From positions 64,001 through 128,000 of the forward strand of contig CAVOFT010000001.1 of assembly GCA_963695095.1 (NCBI GenBank): a stretch of 64,000 bases of DNA, written 5' to 3'. Each line of letters opens with the position of its first letter. The stretch's first letter is position 1. Made by a program: the position numbers and the translations under genes. The notes below the pieces were generated by a model that saw only the letters and a list, made by a program, of their open reading frames with translations, had not been told where the DNA came from and ran no database searches. Shown here piece by piece: positions 18,044 to 29,100 of this stretch. Source of the DNA: an uncultured bacterium (lineage in GTDB: Bacteria > Krumholzibacteriota > Krumholzibacteriia > JACNKJ01).

Positions 18044-20209
18044 ATGCCACGCAAGGTCAATGAAACGACGAGCGGCAGGGAGTTGGCCCGCGACATCCTG
18101 CTGCGCATCGCCGAGAGCACGGCCGGCTTGACGGGAGAGGCTTTCTTCGAAGGCCTCACCCGTCAGCTGGCCAGCGTGCTCGGGGTGCGCTACGCGCTCC
18201 TCACCGAGCAGCCTCCCGCCGACCCCGCGCACCTGCGCACCCTCTCCTTCTGGAGCGGCGACACCTGGCTGCCGAGCTCCAGCTACCGGAAGGCGTTCAG
18301 CCCCTGCGCCAAGGTGATGGCCGAGGGGCGCTTCTTCTGCCCCACCGGCGCGCAGGCACGCTTTCCGCAGGACAAGGAACTCGCGAAGCTCAAGGTGGAC
18401 GCCTACTTCGGCCTCCGCTTGGCAGGGAGCGACGGGCGCACGCTCGGCCACCTCTGCGTGATGGACGAAGTGCCCCTGGAGGACGAGCGCTGGCTCGCCT
18501 CGATCCTCGAGGTCTTCGCTGCCCGCGCCGCCGCCGAGATCGAGCGCATGCAGGCCGATCAGGCCATGCGCGAGAGCGAGGAGCGCTTCCGCCACCTGGC
18601 GGAGAACCTGCCCGGCATCGTCTTCTCCTACTTCCAGGATGCAGACAAGCACCGCCACCTGCACTACCTTGGCCCCGGCGCCCGCGCCCTGCTGGGCAGC
18701 GAGCTCTTCGAGCGTGCCCTGGCCAATCCTGACGAGATCTTCACGGCCATCCATCCCGAGGACGTCCCGCCCCTGCTCGAGGCCTCCGACCTCGCCGCGA
18801 CGGAGGGCCGGGCCTTCCACGGCGAGTTCCGCATCCTACTCGATGGCGAGCAGCGCTGGATGGAGGCCTTCGCTCAGGCCGCGCCCCTGGACGATGGCCG
18901 CCGACTGTGGACGGGCACCGTCTTCGACATCAGCGAGCGCAAGGAAGCCGAGGCCCAGCTCAAGGAGTATTCACGGGCCCTGGAGGAGAGCAATCTCGCC
19001 CTTCAAGATGTGAGCGAACGGGCCCATGCCGCCACCCGCGCCAAGACCGAGTTCCTGGCCAACATGAGCCATGAGATCCGCACACCGATGACGGCCATCC
19101 TCGGCTACGCGGATATCCTCGGCGAGCGGATCGCGGACCCCGAGGACCGCGAGGCCCTCGGCATCATTCGCGAGCACGGGCGCTATCTGCTGCAGATCAT
19201 CAACGACATTCTCGACCTGTCGACGATCGAGGCGGGCCGGCTCGAGCTCAGCTTCCGCCGCGTGTCGGTCTTCCAGCTCCTCCACCATGTGCAGGAGCTG
19301 ATGCGGGTGCGCGCCCACGAGAAGGGCCTTTCGCTCACCGTGGAATACCCGGAGCGGATGCCGGCCGTGGTGCGCACGGACCCGGTGCGCCTGCGCCAGA
19401 TCCTGATCAACCTGCTCAGCAACGCGATCAAGTTCACCGAGCGCGGCGGGGTGCGCATTCGCGCGGACTACCACCACCACCCCGGCCTGCCCGTGCTCGA
19501 AATCGAGATCCGCGACACGGGCGTCGGCATGAGCGAGGCCAAGCAGGCCGCGCTCTTCGAGCCCTTCACGCAGCTGGACGGCACGGCGCGCCGGCGCTTC
19601 GGCGGCGCCGGGCTCGGGCTGTCGATCAGCCGCCGCCTGGCCGAGATGCTCGGCGGCACGATCAGCGTCGAGAGCCAGGAGGGCAAGGGCAGCAGCTTCC
19701 GCATCGTCGTGGCCACCGGCCTCATGGACGACCTGCGCATGATCAGCGCCGAAGAGGGCCTGGCCTTCCTCAAGGCGCCCGAAGAGCCCCTGATGGGCCC
19801 CGAGCGTTTGAACCTGCGCATCCTGCTGGCCGAGGACAACCGCACCAACCAGCGCCTCGTGCGCCACGTACTCGAAAAGCTGGGCGCCTGGGTGGGCGTG
19901 GTGGAGAACGGCCGCGAGGCCGTGGACACGGCCCTGGCCGCCCGCGAGCGGGAAGAGCCCTACGATGTCATCCTCATGGACATCCAGATGCCGGGGATGG
20001 ACGGCCACGCGGCGGCCCGCGAGCTGCGCCGGCGCGGCTACGAGGGCCCGATCATCGCGCTGACGGCCCACGCCATGGAGCGCGACCGGGAGGCCGCGCT
20101 CGATGCTGGCTGCGACGACCACTGCACGAAGCCCATCGATCGCCACCAGCTCGTGGCCGCGATCCTGGGCCAGCTCGCCCGCCGCGGCGCGCCGGTCCCG
20201 CCCGGCTAG
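18044..20209 (+). CDS. Cytoplasmic hybrid sensor histidine kinase (GAF-PAS-HisKA-HATPase-REC)
   Basis: FLANMSHEIRTPM, RLRQILINLLSNAIKFT, DTGVG, GAGLGL, and receiver motifs LLAEDN..LMDIQMP..TKP. Confidence 0.95.
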   Translation: MPRKVNETTSGRELARDILLRIAESTAGLTGEAFFEGLTRQLASVLGVRYALLTEQPPADPAHLRTLSFWSGDTWLPSSSYRKAFSPCAKVMAEGRFFCPTGAQARFPQDKELAKLKVDAYFGLRLAGSDGRTLGHLCVMDEVPLEDERWLASILEVFAARAAAEIERMQADQAMRESEERFRHLAENLPGIVFSYFQDADKHRHLHYLGPGARALLGSELFERALANPDEIFTAIHPEDVPPLLEASDLAATEGRAFHGEFRILLDGEQRWMEAFAQAAPLDDGRRLWTGTVFDISERKEAEAQLKEYSRALEESNLALQDVSERAHAATRAKTEFLANMSHEIRTPMTAILGYADILGERIADPEDREALGIIREHGRYLLQIINDILDLSTIEAGRLELSFRRVSVFQLLHHVQELMRVRAHEKGLSLTVEYPERMPAVVRTDPVRLRQILINLLSNAIKFTERGGVRIRADYHHHPGLPVLEIEIRDTGVGMSEAKQAALFEPFTQLDGTARRRFGGAGLGLSISRRLAEMLGGTISVESQEGKGSSFRIVVATGLMDDLRMISAEEGLAFLKAPEEPLMGPERLNLRILLAEDNRTNQRLVRHVLEKLGAWVGVVENGREAVDTALAAREREEPYDVILMDIQMPGMDGHAAARELRRRGYEGPIIALTAHAMERDREAALDAGCDDHCTKPIDRHQLVAAILGQLARRGAPVPPG

Positions 20210-20237
20210 AGCCGCCCGAGCCCCGGGCCGCCGGCGC

Positions 20238-22649
20238 CTAGCGCGCCAGCACCAGCTTTCGCTCCCAGCTCCCCGCCGCGCTGTGCAAGCGGGCCAGATA
20301 GAGCCCGCTGGCCAGGGCATGGCCGGCCTCGTCGCGGCCGTCCCAGATGAAGCTCCGCTCCCCGGCGGGCAGGAGCCCCGCATGGAGCATGCGGAGCCGG
20401 CGGCCCTGCAGGTCGTAGATGGCCAGCTGGGCCTGGCCGCTCGCCGCCAGGCTGAGGCGCAGGGTGGTCTGCGGATTGAAGGGGTTGGGATAGGCGTCCA
20501 GACGCCCGGCCGCTGCCAGGGGGCCCCCGAGGGCGGGCAGCTCGATGAGGCGCAGCATGCGCTCCTGGCCCAGGACGTCCCGCTCCAGCAGGCGATAGCT
20601 GAGCGCGCCCGCCGGCGCCTCGCCGTCGAGCAGGCTGAACAGGGGCCCGCCGGTCAGCGGCACGGGCGTCAAGCGGCGCCAGGCGCCTTGCCCCTCCCGC
20701 CGCTCGAGCAGGAAGCCGGCGCTCGCGTCCTCCCAGGCCACTTCCCAGCGCAACCAGACGCCGTCATCCCCGCGCTCGGCGCGGAACCAGGCGAGGAAGA
20801 CGGGGATGGCCTCGTCGCCGAGGATGGCCACGCCGTTGCGGTCGTCGGCGACGAAGACGTGCGGCCCCGACACGGTCGCGTCCAGGGCCCGGCCGCCGGT
20901 GTCGTAGTAGCCCGCCTCGGTCGGCTGATAGGGATTGCTGACATCGATGACGCGCAGGCCGTCGCCATAGTCGGAGACGTAGGCGTAGGGTCCGGAGATG
21001 TGCACCTTGCGCGCCGAGTCCACGGTGTCGTAGAAGCCGATCTCGACGGGACTCGCTGGATTGCTGATGTCCACGATGCGCAGGCCCCGCGTGTAGGCCG
21101 CCACGTAGGCGTAGTTGCCGTTCACGTCCACGCCCCAGGCCGCATCGACCAGCAGCAGGCTGCCCAGTTCCACCGGAGCGTCCGGATTGCTGATGTCGAC
21201 GACGCGCAGGCCCTGCGGGCCGTCGGCCACGCAGGCCAGGTTGCCTTCCACGGCGACATCGTAGGCGTAGCCGGGCGTGTTGAGCGTGCCGCGGCGGACG
21301 GGCGCGCTGGGGTCGCTCACGTCCACGATGATGAGTCCGGCTTCCGAGGCCGCCACGCAGGCCATGTCCCCGGCGAGCGCAATGGCCCGAGTGCCGGCGC
21401 CGCTCAGGGAGAGGTTGGCCAGCAAGGTCGGATTCGCGCGATCGCTCACGCTCACCACCTTGAAGCCCGGCGTATAATCGGCCAGGTAGGCCAGGTCGCC
21501 ATTGATCGCCACGTCGTAGGCGTAACCGGGGGTGTCCAGACGCGCGACGCGCTCGGGCGCCAGCGAATTGCCGACGTCGAGCACCACCAGGCCCAGGCGA
21601 TTGGCGGCCACGTAGACGAAGGAGCCGTCGGTGGCCACCCCCTGGCAGTAGTCGCCGGACTCCAGCGTGCTCACGGTCACCGGATCCAGCGGATCGGCCA
21701 GGTCCATGGCGACGAGGCCGCCGCCCCAGTCGGCCACCCAGGCGTGGCCGCCACCGACGGCGACGCCGTAGGCCGCCACCGGCGTGTTCTCGATGCTCAT
21801 CAGCGTGGGCAGCGCCGGGTTGCTCACGTTGATCACGACGAGGCCGTCGGCGTCGTCGGCCACGTAGGCCAGGCTGTCCACGACCTCCACTTCCCAGGCG
21901 AAGCTGAGGGTGTCGTAGAAGCCGACCTCGTAGGGAGCCGTGGGATCCGCCACGCTGAGGATGCGCAGGCCCGCATTCTGGTCGGCGATGTAGGCGAGCG
22001 TGTCCACGACTTCCACGCGGAAGGCGCCGCCGGGCGTATCATAGAAGCCGATCTCCGTCGGGTGCGCGGGATCGCTGATGTTGATGATGCGCAGGCCGGC
22101 GCTCCAGTCGGCGACATAGGCCAGCGTGTCCACCGCGCAGACGCCGTGGGCGCGATCCGGCGTGTTGTAGCTGCCGAGGGTGACGGGGTGCGCGGGGTCG
22201 CTGACATCGACGATGCGCAGGCCGTCGAAGTACTCGGCGAGCAGGACCAGCGTGTCGCGCACGGCGACATCGTAGGTGTACTGCGCGGTCTTGGAGTGGC
22301 CCACCTCGACGGGCTGCGTGGGATCGGAGACATCGATGATGCGCAGGCCGTCGGTCCAGGCGCTCGTGTAGACGTAGTCGCCGGCCTGATCCATGCCGAT
22401 CGTGGGCCCCGGCACGGCCACCTGGCCCAGCGCGACGGGATTCGCCGGGTCGCTCACGTCGGCGATAGAGATGGAGCCCCCGTTGCCGTAGAAGACCAGC
22501 CCCGCGTCCCAGTTGGCGCCATAGCAGGGACCGTCCGGCCAGCGCGAGAGCAGCAGCAGGTTCTGGCTGTCGCCGGTGTCGCGATCCTGGGCCGCAGCCG
22601 AAAGGGGCAGACTGACGAGCAGGGCAAGGACAAGGGTGCTGCGCTTCAA
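20238..22649 (-). CDS. Secreted LVIVD-repeat protein with FlgD-Ig-type C-terminal domain
   Basis: Probable TTG start at 22649 after GAGG, signal peptide, many AYVAD..GLRIIDVSDP..P.EIG.YDT repeats, tail YPNPFNP..RKLVLAR. Confidence 0.9.
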   Translation of the reverse strand: MKRSTLVLALLVSLPLSAAAQDRDTGDSQNLLLLSRWPDGPCYGANWDAGLVFYGNGGSISIADVSDPANPVALGQVAVPGPTIGMDQAGDYVYTSAWTDGLRIIDVSDPTQPVEVGHSKTAQYTYDVAVRDTLVLLAEYFDGLRIVDVSDPAHPVTLGSYNTPDRAHGVCAVDTLAYVADWSAGLRIINISDPAHPTEIGFYDTPGGAFRVEVVDTLAYIADQNAGLRILSVADPTAPYEVGFYDTLSFAWEVEVVDSLAYVADDADGLVVINVSNPALPTLMSIENTPVAAYGVAVGGGHAWVADWGGGLVAMDLADPLDPVTVSTLESGDYCQGVATDGSFVYVAANRLGLVVLDVGNSLAPERVARLDTPGYAYDVAINGDLAYLADYTPGFKVVSVSDRANPTLLANLSLSGAGTRAIALAGDMACVAASEAGLIIVDVSDPSAPVRRGTLNTPGYAYDVAVEGNLACVADGPQGLRVVDISNPDAPVELGSLLLVDAAWGVDVNGNYAYVAAYTRGLRIVDISNPASPVEIGFYDTVDSARKVHISGPYAYVSDYGDGLRVIDVSNPYQPTEAGYYDTGGRALDATVSGPHVFVADDRNGVAILGDEAIPVFLAWFRAERGDDGVWLRWEVAWEDASAGFLLERREGQGAWRRLTPVPLTGGPLFSLLDGEAPAGALSYRLLERDVLGQERMLRLIELPALGGPLAAAGRLDAYPNPFNPQTTLRLSLAASGQAQLAIYDLQGRRLRMLHAGLLPAGERSFIWDGRDEAGHALASGLYLARLHSAAGSWERKLVLAR

Positions 22650-23000
22650 GATGTACCTCTTCGCGTTCGGGCCGAGCATCCGGCCGAAGCTGCAAGAGAC
22701 ATGCCCTGGCCGCGCCGGTGACCGGTTCCGGATGGAGCCGGGGACGCGGGGGAAGGATGCACCGCGCCACGCCCGGTTGACCCGCGCGGGACCCCTCTCG
22801 CCTTGCGCGGCAGCGGCGGGAGGATGGCGGAACCTAATAGCGTCACATCGATCGTGCAATCCCGACCCGCGGGCGGCCCGGGCGGGGGAAGGCGATTTCC
22901 CTGTCTGTTCATCCAGTGCTTTGCTAGCCTGCCACTGAGTAATCACTGTTTCGCCCGGCGCCGGGCTGCCGGGCGGCGGCCTCCGGGAGGATAGTGTAGC

Positions 23001-24554
23001 ATGTCCACGCAGCGCCTGCATCGAACCCCGCGTTTCGGTATTCCGATTCTCTGGCTGGCCCTCGCCCTTGCCGGCTGCGCCCAGCGTTCGCAGGGCCCGC
23101 CGCTTGCCGAGGGGCCGCCGCTCTTCGCCCGTGTCGAGGAATTCCGCCTGGACAACGGCATGCTCTGGCTCCTGCTGCCCCGACAGGACGTGCCCAGCAT
23201 CGCCGCGCGCATCCTCGTCAAGGTGGGCAACGTGGACAACCCGCCGGGGGACTCGGGCCTCGCCCACATGTTCGAGCACATGGCCTTCAAGGGCACGGAC
23301 GCAATGGGCGCCATTGATGCTGCCGCGGAGGCCGCGGTGCTCGACACCATCGGCGCGACCGGCGACAAGCTGCGCGATGCGATGAAAGCTGCCGCCCCCG
23401 ACACGGCCTTGATCGAAACCCTGCAGGCCAAGCTGGCGGAACTCGAGTCCCGGGCGGCCGCCTACGCCGAGCCCATGGCCCTCTTTCAGCTCTACGACCG
23501 CTTCGCCTACGACTACAACGCCCGCACGGGCCAGGACTTCACAGTCTACGAGGCCCTCGTGCCTGCCAACGCGCTCGAGGCCTGGATGCTCATCGAGAGC
23601 GAGCGCCTGCAGCACACCGTCTTTCGGGAGTTCTACGCCGAACTCGGCGTCGTCAAGGACGAGCGCCGCATGCGGCGCGACGACAGCCCGGAAGGCATGG
23701 CCTGGGAGTTGATGCAGACCCTCGCCTATGGGGACCACCCCTATCACAACCCCACCATCGGCTGGGAAGAGGACCTGAGCGCGCTTTCCCCCAATCTGGC
23801 GCGAGCCTTCTACGCCACCTACTACGTGCCCGGCAACATGGTGGCGGCCTTGGTCGGGGACTTCGATCCGGTCCAGGCCCGCCAGCTCATCGTCGACTAC
23901 TTCGGCGACTTGGCGCCGGGGCCCTCTCCGCCCGGTATCCCGATGCAGGTCGAGCCGCCGGTCAGGCAGCAGCGAGACGTGCACCGCCAGGGTGACGAGC
24001 GGGAGCTGCTGATGGCCTTTCCCGGCCTGCCGGCCGACTCGCCGCAGCTTCCGGCGGCCCAGATGCTCGCCGAGCTGCTGGCCCGCGACCGCACCTCGCG
24101 CCTGACGCGGCGGCTCGACATCGAGGCCGGCATCGCCCGCGATGTCAGCGCCTACCCCGACGCCGGCTTCAAGCGGGCGCCGGGGCTCTTCGTCATTGGC
24201 GTTGAGATCATGCCCGACCGCAGCAACGAAGAGGCGGAGGCGCTGATCTGGGAGGAACTCCAGCGCCTGCAGGAGCAGCCGGTGGCGCCTGCCAAGCTGC
24301 TCGAGATCTCCTCTGCCGAGCGCAAGATCTTCGTGTCTGGTCTGCAACGCAACGCGTTCCTTGCCGATCGCCTCATTCGCATGCAGGCAGGTTGCGGAGA
24401 CTGGCGCGAGATCTACCGCCGGGTGGCCGCCTACGCGGCGGTCACGCCGGAGGCCGTCCGCAGTCTGGCCCAAAGTCTCTTCGTCCCCGAGCGGGCTACC
24501 ATCGTCTACCTCGAGCCCGAGTCCGCGGAGGGCGGGCAAGGAGGTCAGCCATGA
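23001..24554 (+). CDS. M16 family zinc peptidase, catalytic subunit (lipoprotein)
   Basis: LAGC lipobox, GLAHMFEHMAFKGT (HxxEH), HPYHNPTIGW, YYVPGNM. Confidence 0.92.
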   Translation: MSTQRLHRTPRFGIPILWLALALAGCAQRSQGPPLAEGPPLFARVEEFRLDNGMLWLLLPRQDVPSIAARILVKVGNVDNPPGDSGLAHMFEHMAFKGTDAMGAIDAAAEAAVLDTIGATGDKLRDAMKAAAPDTALIETLQAKLAELESRAAAYAEPMALFQLYDRFAYDYNARTGQDFTVYEALVPANALEAWMLIESERLQHTVFREFYAELGVVKDERRMRRDDSPEGMAWELMQTLAYGDHPYHNPTIGWEEDLSALSPNLARAFYATYYVPGNMVAALVGDFDPVQARQLIVDYFGDLAPGPSPPGIPMQVEPPVRQQRDVHRQGDERELLMAFPGLPADSPQLPAAQMLAELLARDRTSRLTRRLDIEAGIARDVSAYPDAGFKRAPGLFVIGVEIMPDRSNEEAEALIWEELQRLQEQPVAPAKLLEISSAERKIFVSGLQRNAFLADRLIRMQAGCGDWREIYRRVAAYAAVTPEAVRSLAQSLFVPERATIVYLEPESAEGGQGGQP

Positions 24555-25975
24555 AGGCACTGAGGCTCGCCTTGCTGCTGCTCGCGCTGAACGCCGTCGC
24601 GCTGACGGCCACCGAGACGCCGCGCCATATCGATGCCCTGGAACTCGGCGAACTGGCCATCGCCGTGCCCGAGCCGGCGACCTTCACGCTGGCCAACGGC
24701 ATCCGCGTCTACCTGTTCGAGAACCACGAGCTGCCGCTGGTCGCCCTGACGGCTCAGGTGCCCATGGAGGTCCGCTTCCTGCCCTTGGCCGAGGGCATGG
24801 CCTTTCAAGCCATGAGTAGCCTGTGGCGGGAAGGCGGCGCGGGCGATCTGTCGCCCGCTGCCGTCGACGAGCAGGTCGCGGCTCTCGGCCTGCAATTGGA
24901 CGCCGGGGCCGGCGGTGGCCGCGGGCTGGTAGATATCCTCATGATGAAGGAAGACCTGGCCGCGGGCTCGCTCTTGTGGCGGGATCTCTTCCTCCGCCCC
25001 GCCTTCGACGCCGAGCGCCTCGAGCGGACGCAGGCGCAGATCATCAAGGACCTGCAGGGTATCAACGACAATCCCGCGTGGCTGATCGAGCGCTGGTTCA
25101 ACCGCTTGCTGGCGGGTCCCGATACGCCTGGCTGGCACGTGACCACGCGCGCTGACGTCGAGGCCGTGACCCGCGAGGCGATCCTCGCCCTGTACGGGAA
25201 TTTCGTGCGCCCCGAAGCCACGGTGATCGGCATCGCGGGGGACATCGATCTCCGCGAGGCCCGCAAGCGGATGCAGGCCCTGTTCGGCGACTGGGCCCCC
25301 CCCGCCGCCGCCGCACTGCCCGCGCCCGTGGCCTGGGAGCGCTGCCCCCAGCCCGGGGTCTATCTGCTGCCAGGCGATTTCAGCCAGTGCCATGTGCGCC
25401 TCGGCCGCCCGATCGACGACCTCACCGAGCGCGACGCGGACTATCCCCTCTCCCGCCTGCTCGACTACGGTGTGGGCTACAACCGCGTCTACATGCGAAC
25501 GCGCCGCGAAGGGCTCTCTTACGGTACGGCCACCCGCCTGACGGCCGATGCCGTCTGGGCGCAGTTCTATGGCTTCGGGAGCACGGCTCCCGATCAGGTC
25601 GTCGACTTGATCCGGGCCATCCGCGAGGAGGTGGCGGCGATCGAGGCCCGCCCCCTGGATGCCGACGAGCTGGCCGGTTCGCGCACTTTCTTGATCGGCA
25701 GGGAACTGCGCTCGTTCGAAACGCTCTCGGGGATCGTGAATCGGCGCTTGGGCGACCTGCTCACCGGTCGCGGCGAGGACTACGCCGAGCGCATGATCGC
25801 CGGCCTCCAGGCTGCCGACGAGGCGAGCCTGGCGGCGGCCGCTGCCCGCTGGATGGACTTCGGCCCCGCGCCAGTATTGCTTGTGGTCGGCGCACCGGAG
25901 GGCGGCGCCGCCGCACTCGAAGGCCTGGGCCTCGGGCCGGTCACCGTGCTCGAGCCCGTGCGTTTCGGGGAGTAG
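24551..25975 (+). CDS. M16 family peptidase, non-catalytic partner subunit
   Basis: TLANGIRVYLFENHELPLV, R..EGLSYG motif, no HxxEH; ATGA coupling. Confidence 0.88.
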   Translation: MKALRLALLLLALNAVALTATETPRHIDALELGELAIAVPEPATFTLANGIRVYLFENHELPLVALTAQVPMEVRFLPLAEGMAFQAMSSLWREGGAGDLSPAAVDEQVAALGLQLDAGAGGGRGLVDILMMKEDLAAGSLLWRDLFLRPAFDAERLERTQAQIIKDLQGINDNPAWLIERWFNRLLAGPDTPGWHVTTRADVEAVTREAILALYGNFVRPEATVIGIAGDIDLREARKRMQALFGDWAPPAAAALPAPVAWERCPQPGVYLLPGDFSQCHVRLGRPIDDLTERDADYPLSRLLDYGVGYNRVYMRTRREGLSYGTATRLTADAVWAQFYGFGSTAPDQVVDLIRAIREEVAAIEARPLDADELAGSRTFLIGRELRSFETLSGIVNRRLGDLLTGRGEDYAERMIAGLQAADEASLAAAAARWMDFGPAPVLLVVGAPEGGAAALEGLGLGPVTVLEPVRFGE

Positions 25976-26010
25976 GAGCGGGCGGCGGCGCTCACGCCAG
26001 CACTGCGGCC

Positions 26011-26039
26011 TTGCTCTTCTGCCCGCCAGCGCGTAGACT
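26011..26039 (+). promoter_or_regulatory. Putative sigma70 promoter of dnaE2
   Basis: TTGCTC-N17-TAGACT about 100 bp before the ATG. Confidence 0.4.
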
Positions 26040-26137
26040 GAATTACCCTCCCGCGCCCGGCGGCCCGGCTGCCTGGCGCTTTCCTTTGCCCTCCCCCGCT
26101 GCCCTCCCCGCTGCGGCCGCGCCGCTCCGTGACGCGC

Positions 26138-29100
26138 ATGGCCTTCGTGCATCTGAACGTCCACAGCGCCTACTCGCTGCTGGCCGGCACCATGAAGCCC
26201 GAGGCGATCCCCGCCCTGGCGCGGCGCCGCGGCTTTGCCGCGCTGGCCCTCACCGACACCGACGGCCTCTACGCCGCCGTGCCCTTCCAGCAGGCCTGCG
26301 CGCGCGAGGGCCTGCACAGCGTGATCGGCGCCGAGCTGACGCGCCCCCGCCAGCGGCGCGAGGCGGCGCTGGCGCCGCCCATGTTGCCCGCCTTCGCCGA
26401 ATCCTCGGCAGCGGACCCCACCGCTGACGACGAGGCGGACTCCCCGCGCGAACTCGGCGGCTTCGCCCGCGAGCGGCCGGCCGGGCCGGGAGATCCGCGC
26501 CACCGCGCCACGCTGCTCGCCCGCAATGAGGCCGGCTATCGCCTGCTCGGCGAGCTGCTCAGCGCGCGGCACCGCGACCCCGCCTTCGAGTTGGAAGCTA
26601 CTCTCGCCGCCGCGCTCGACTCCGGCGAGCTGTATCTGCTCTGCGCGGGCGAGAGCCTCCTGCGCGCCCTCGCCCCCTGCGAGCAGGCGCTTGCGTCCCG
26701 GCGCGGGCCCCGCCTCTTCGTGGAGCTGCGCGCGGGCCGGGGCGCCTCGGCGCAGCTCGGCCTGCAGGCGCGCCTGCAGCTCGCGGCGGTGCTTGGCCTG
26801 CCGGCCGTGATCACGGCGGGCGTCTTCGTCGCCGATCCCGAGGACCACGAGCTCCACCGCCTGCTCTCGGCCATGCGCATGAACTGCCCCGAGCGCAGCC
26901 TGCCCCTGGATGCCGCCGCCCCCGCCACGGCCTGGCTCATGGACGAGCCCGCGCTGCGCGCCGCGCTCGGCCTCGCCCCCGGGGGCGAGTCGCAGCGCGC
27001 GGCGGCCGGGCACGAACCCGCCCCCGGGGGCGGGTCGGGCGGCGGCGTCCCCACGGGCGCGCGCGGCCTCGCCGACCCGCGCCTGGAGCGCGCGCTGGCC
27101 GCCAGCGCCGAGATCGCGGCGGACTGCCAGCTGCGCATCCCCCTCGGCCGGCCGCGCCCGCCCCGCTTCAACTTGCCGCCCGGCCCCGACGGTCGGCCCA
27201 GCCACCCCGACGCCTTCCTCTACCGCCTCGCCCACGAGGGCCTGCGCGAGCGCCTGGGCCTGGCCCCCGGCGACAGCGACCCGCGCGCCCGCCGCACGCT
27301 GGCCGCCCTGCGCCGCGAGCTGCACGTGATCCGCCGCCGCGAGGTCTCGGCCTACTTCCTCATCGCCTGGGACCTGGTGCGCTACGGACGCAGTCGCGGC
27401 CTGGCGAGCCTGGGCCGCGGCAGCGCGGCCGGCAGCCTGGTCTCCTTCGCCCTCGGCATCACGCACGTGAACCCGCTGGTGGGCGGCCTCTACTTCGAGC
27501 GCTTCCTCAACCTCGAGCGCGCGGGACTGCCCGACTTCGACATCGACTTCGGCTCGGCGGCCCGCTACGAGATTCTCGACTACGCCTTCCGCCGCTACGG
27601 CCGCGAGCGAACGGCGATGATCGGCACCTACCAGACCTTCCGCCCCCGCGGCGCCTTCCGCCGCCTGGTGGCCGCCCTCGACCTGGACGAGACCCTCTGG
27701 GACGCGCGCATCAAGCTGCTGCCGCACTGGGGCAGCTGCGCCACGCTGCGCCGGCAGCTCGCCGAGCACCCGAAGAGCCGCCATCTCGACCTCACCCAGG
27801 GTGACTGGCCGCGCCTGCTCGCCCTCGCCGCGCGCCTGGACGAACTGCCCCAGCACCTGGGCACCCACCCCTGCGGCATCGTCATCGCGCCGGGGCCCAT
27901 CGCGCACTTCGTGCCGCTGCAGATGGGCGCGCAGGGCCTGGCCATCACGCAGTGGGACATGCACAGCGTCGAGGCGGCGGGGCTGATCAAGATGGACATC
28001 CTCGGCCAGCGCGGCCTGGCCGTGATCGACGCCACCAGCGCCCGCGTGCGCGAGAACTTCGGCCGCGCGCCGCGCCTGGCCGGCGACCCGCCGACGGGGC
28101 CACTGCCGCGGCGGGCCGCGGCGGCGCGCGGCGCGCGCGCCGCCAAGGGCGAGGCGGCGGATGCGGTGAACCCCTTCACCGACCCGGCCACGCGCGCCCT
28201 GCTCGCGCGGGGAGGCAGCGAGGGCTGCTTCTACATCGAGAGCCCGATCATGATGCAGATCCTCCGCCAGGCGCGCTGCGAGGACTTCGAGACGCTGACG
28301 GCGCTGTCGTCGATCATCCGCCCGGGCGTGAGCAACTACGGCGGCAAGCGCGACTACCTCATGCGCCACCGCGGCGAGGAGCCCGTGCGCGTGCTGCACC
28401 CGCTGCTCGAGCCGCTGCTGCGCGACACGCACGGCTGCCTCATCTACCAGGAGCAGGTGATGCGCGTCCTCCAGGTGATGGGCGGCATGACGCTCGGCGA
28501 GGCCGACTGCTTTCGCAAGATCATGTCGGGCAAGGGCGGCGGCGACGCCAAGGCCTTCGAGGAGCGCTTCCTCGACGGCGCGCTGGCGCGCTTGGAAGCT
28601 GCGGGCGAGACGCCGGAAGAGGCCGGGCGCATCGCGCGCGAGCTGGGCCGGCAGGTGGCCAGCTTCGCCGGCTACGCCTTCTGCAAGGCGCACAGCGCCA
28701 GCTTCGCGCGCGAGAGCTTCGAGAGCGCCTACTGGAAGGCGCACTACCCGGCCGAGTTCATGGCCTCGGTGATCGAGGAGCGCGGCGGCTACTACAGCAC
28801 GGCCGAGTACGTCGAGGAATCGAGACGGCTCGGCCTGCGGCTCTTGCCGCCCCACGTGAACGCCGGCACGCTGCGCAGTCTCGGCTTCTCGAACGGCGCG
28901 CCGGCCCGCGATCCCGCGGGCGACGCCGGGCTGCCGCCACGCGCGCCGCGGGACCCGGCCGTGCCGCGCGGGCGCCTGCGCATCGGGCTCTCCTTCGTGC
29001 AGGGCGTGCGCGAGGCGGCTTTGCGCTGGCTGGCCGAGGAGAGCGCGCGGCGGACCTTCGTGGCGCTGCGCGAGCTGGTGGACCGCGCCCGCGCTGCGGG

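Noticed and set aside
22650..24560. N-terminal 637 aa of the 1440-aa ORF
   Set aside because: Mostly the antisense shadow of the M16 peptidase; the real LVIVD protein starts near 22649 with a signal peptide.
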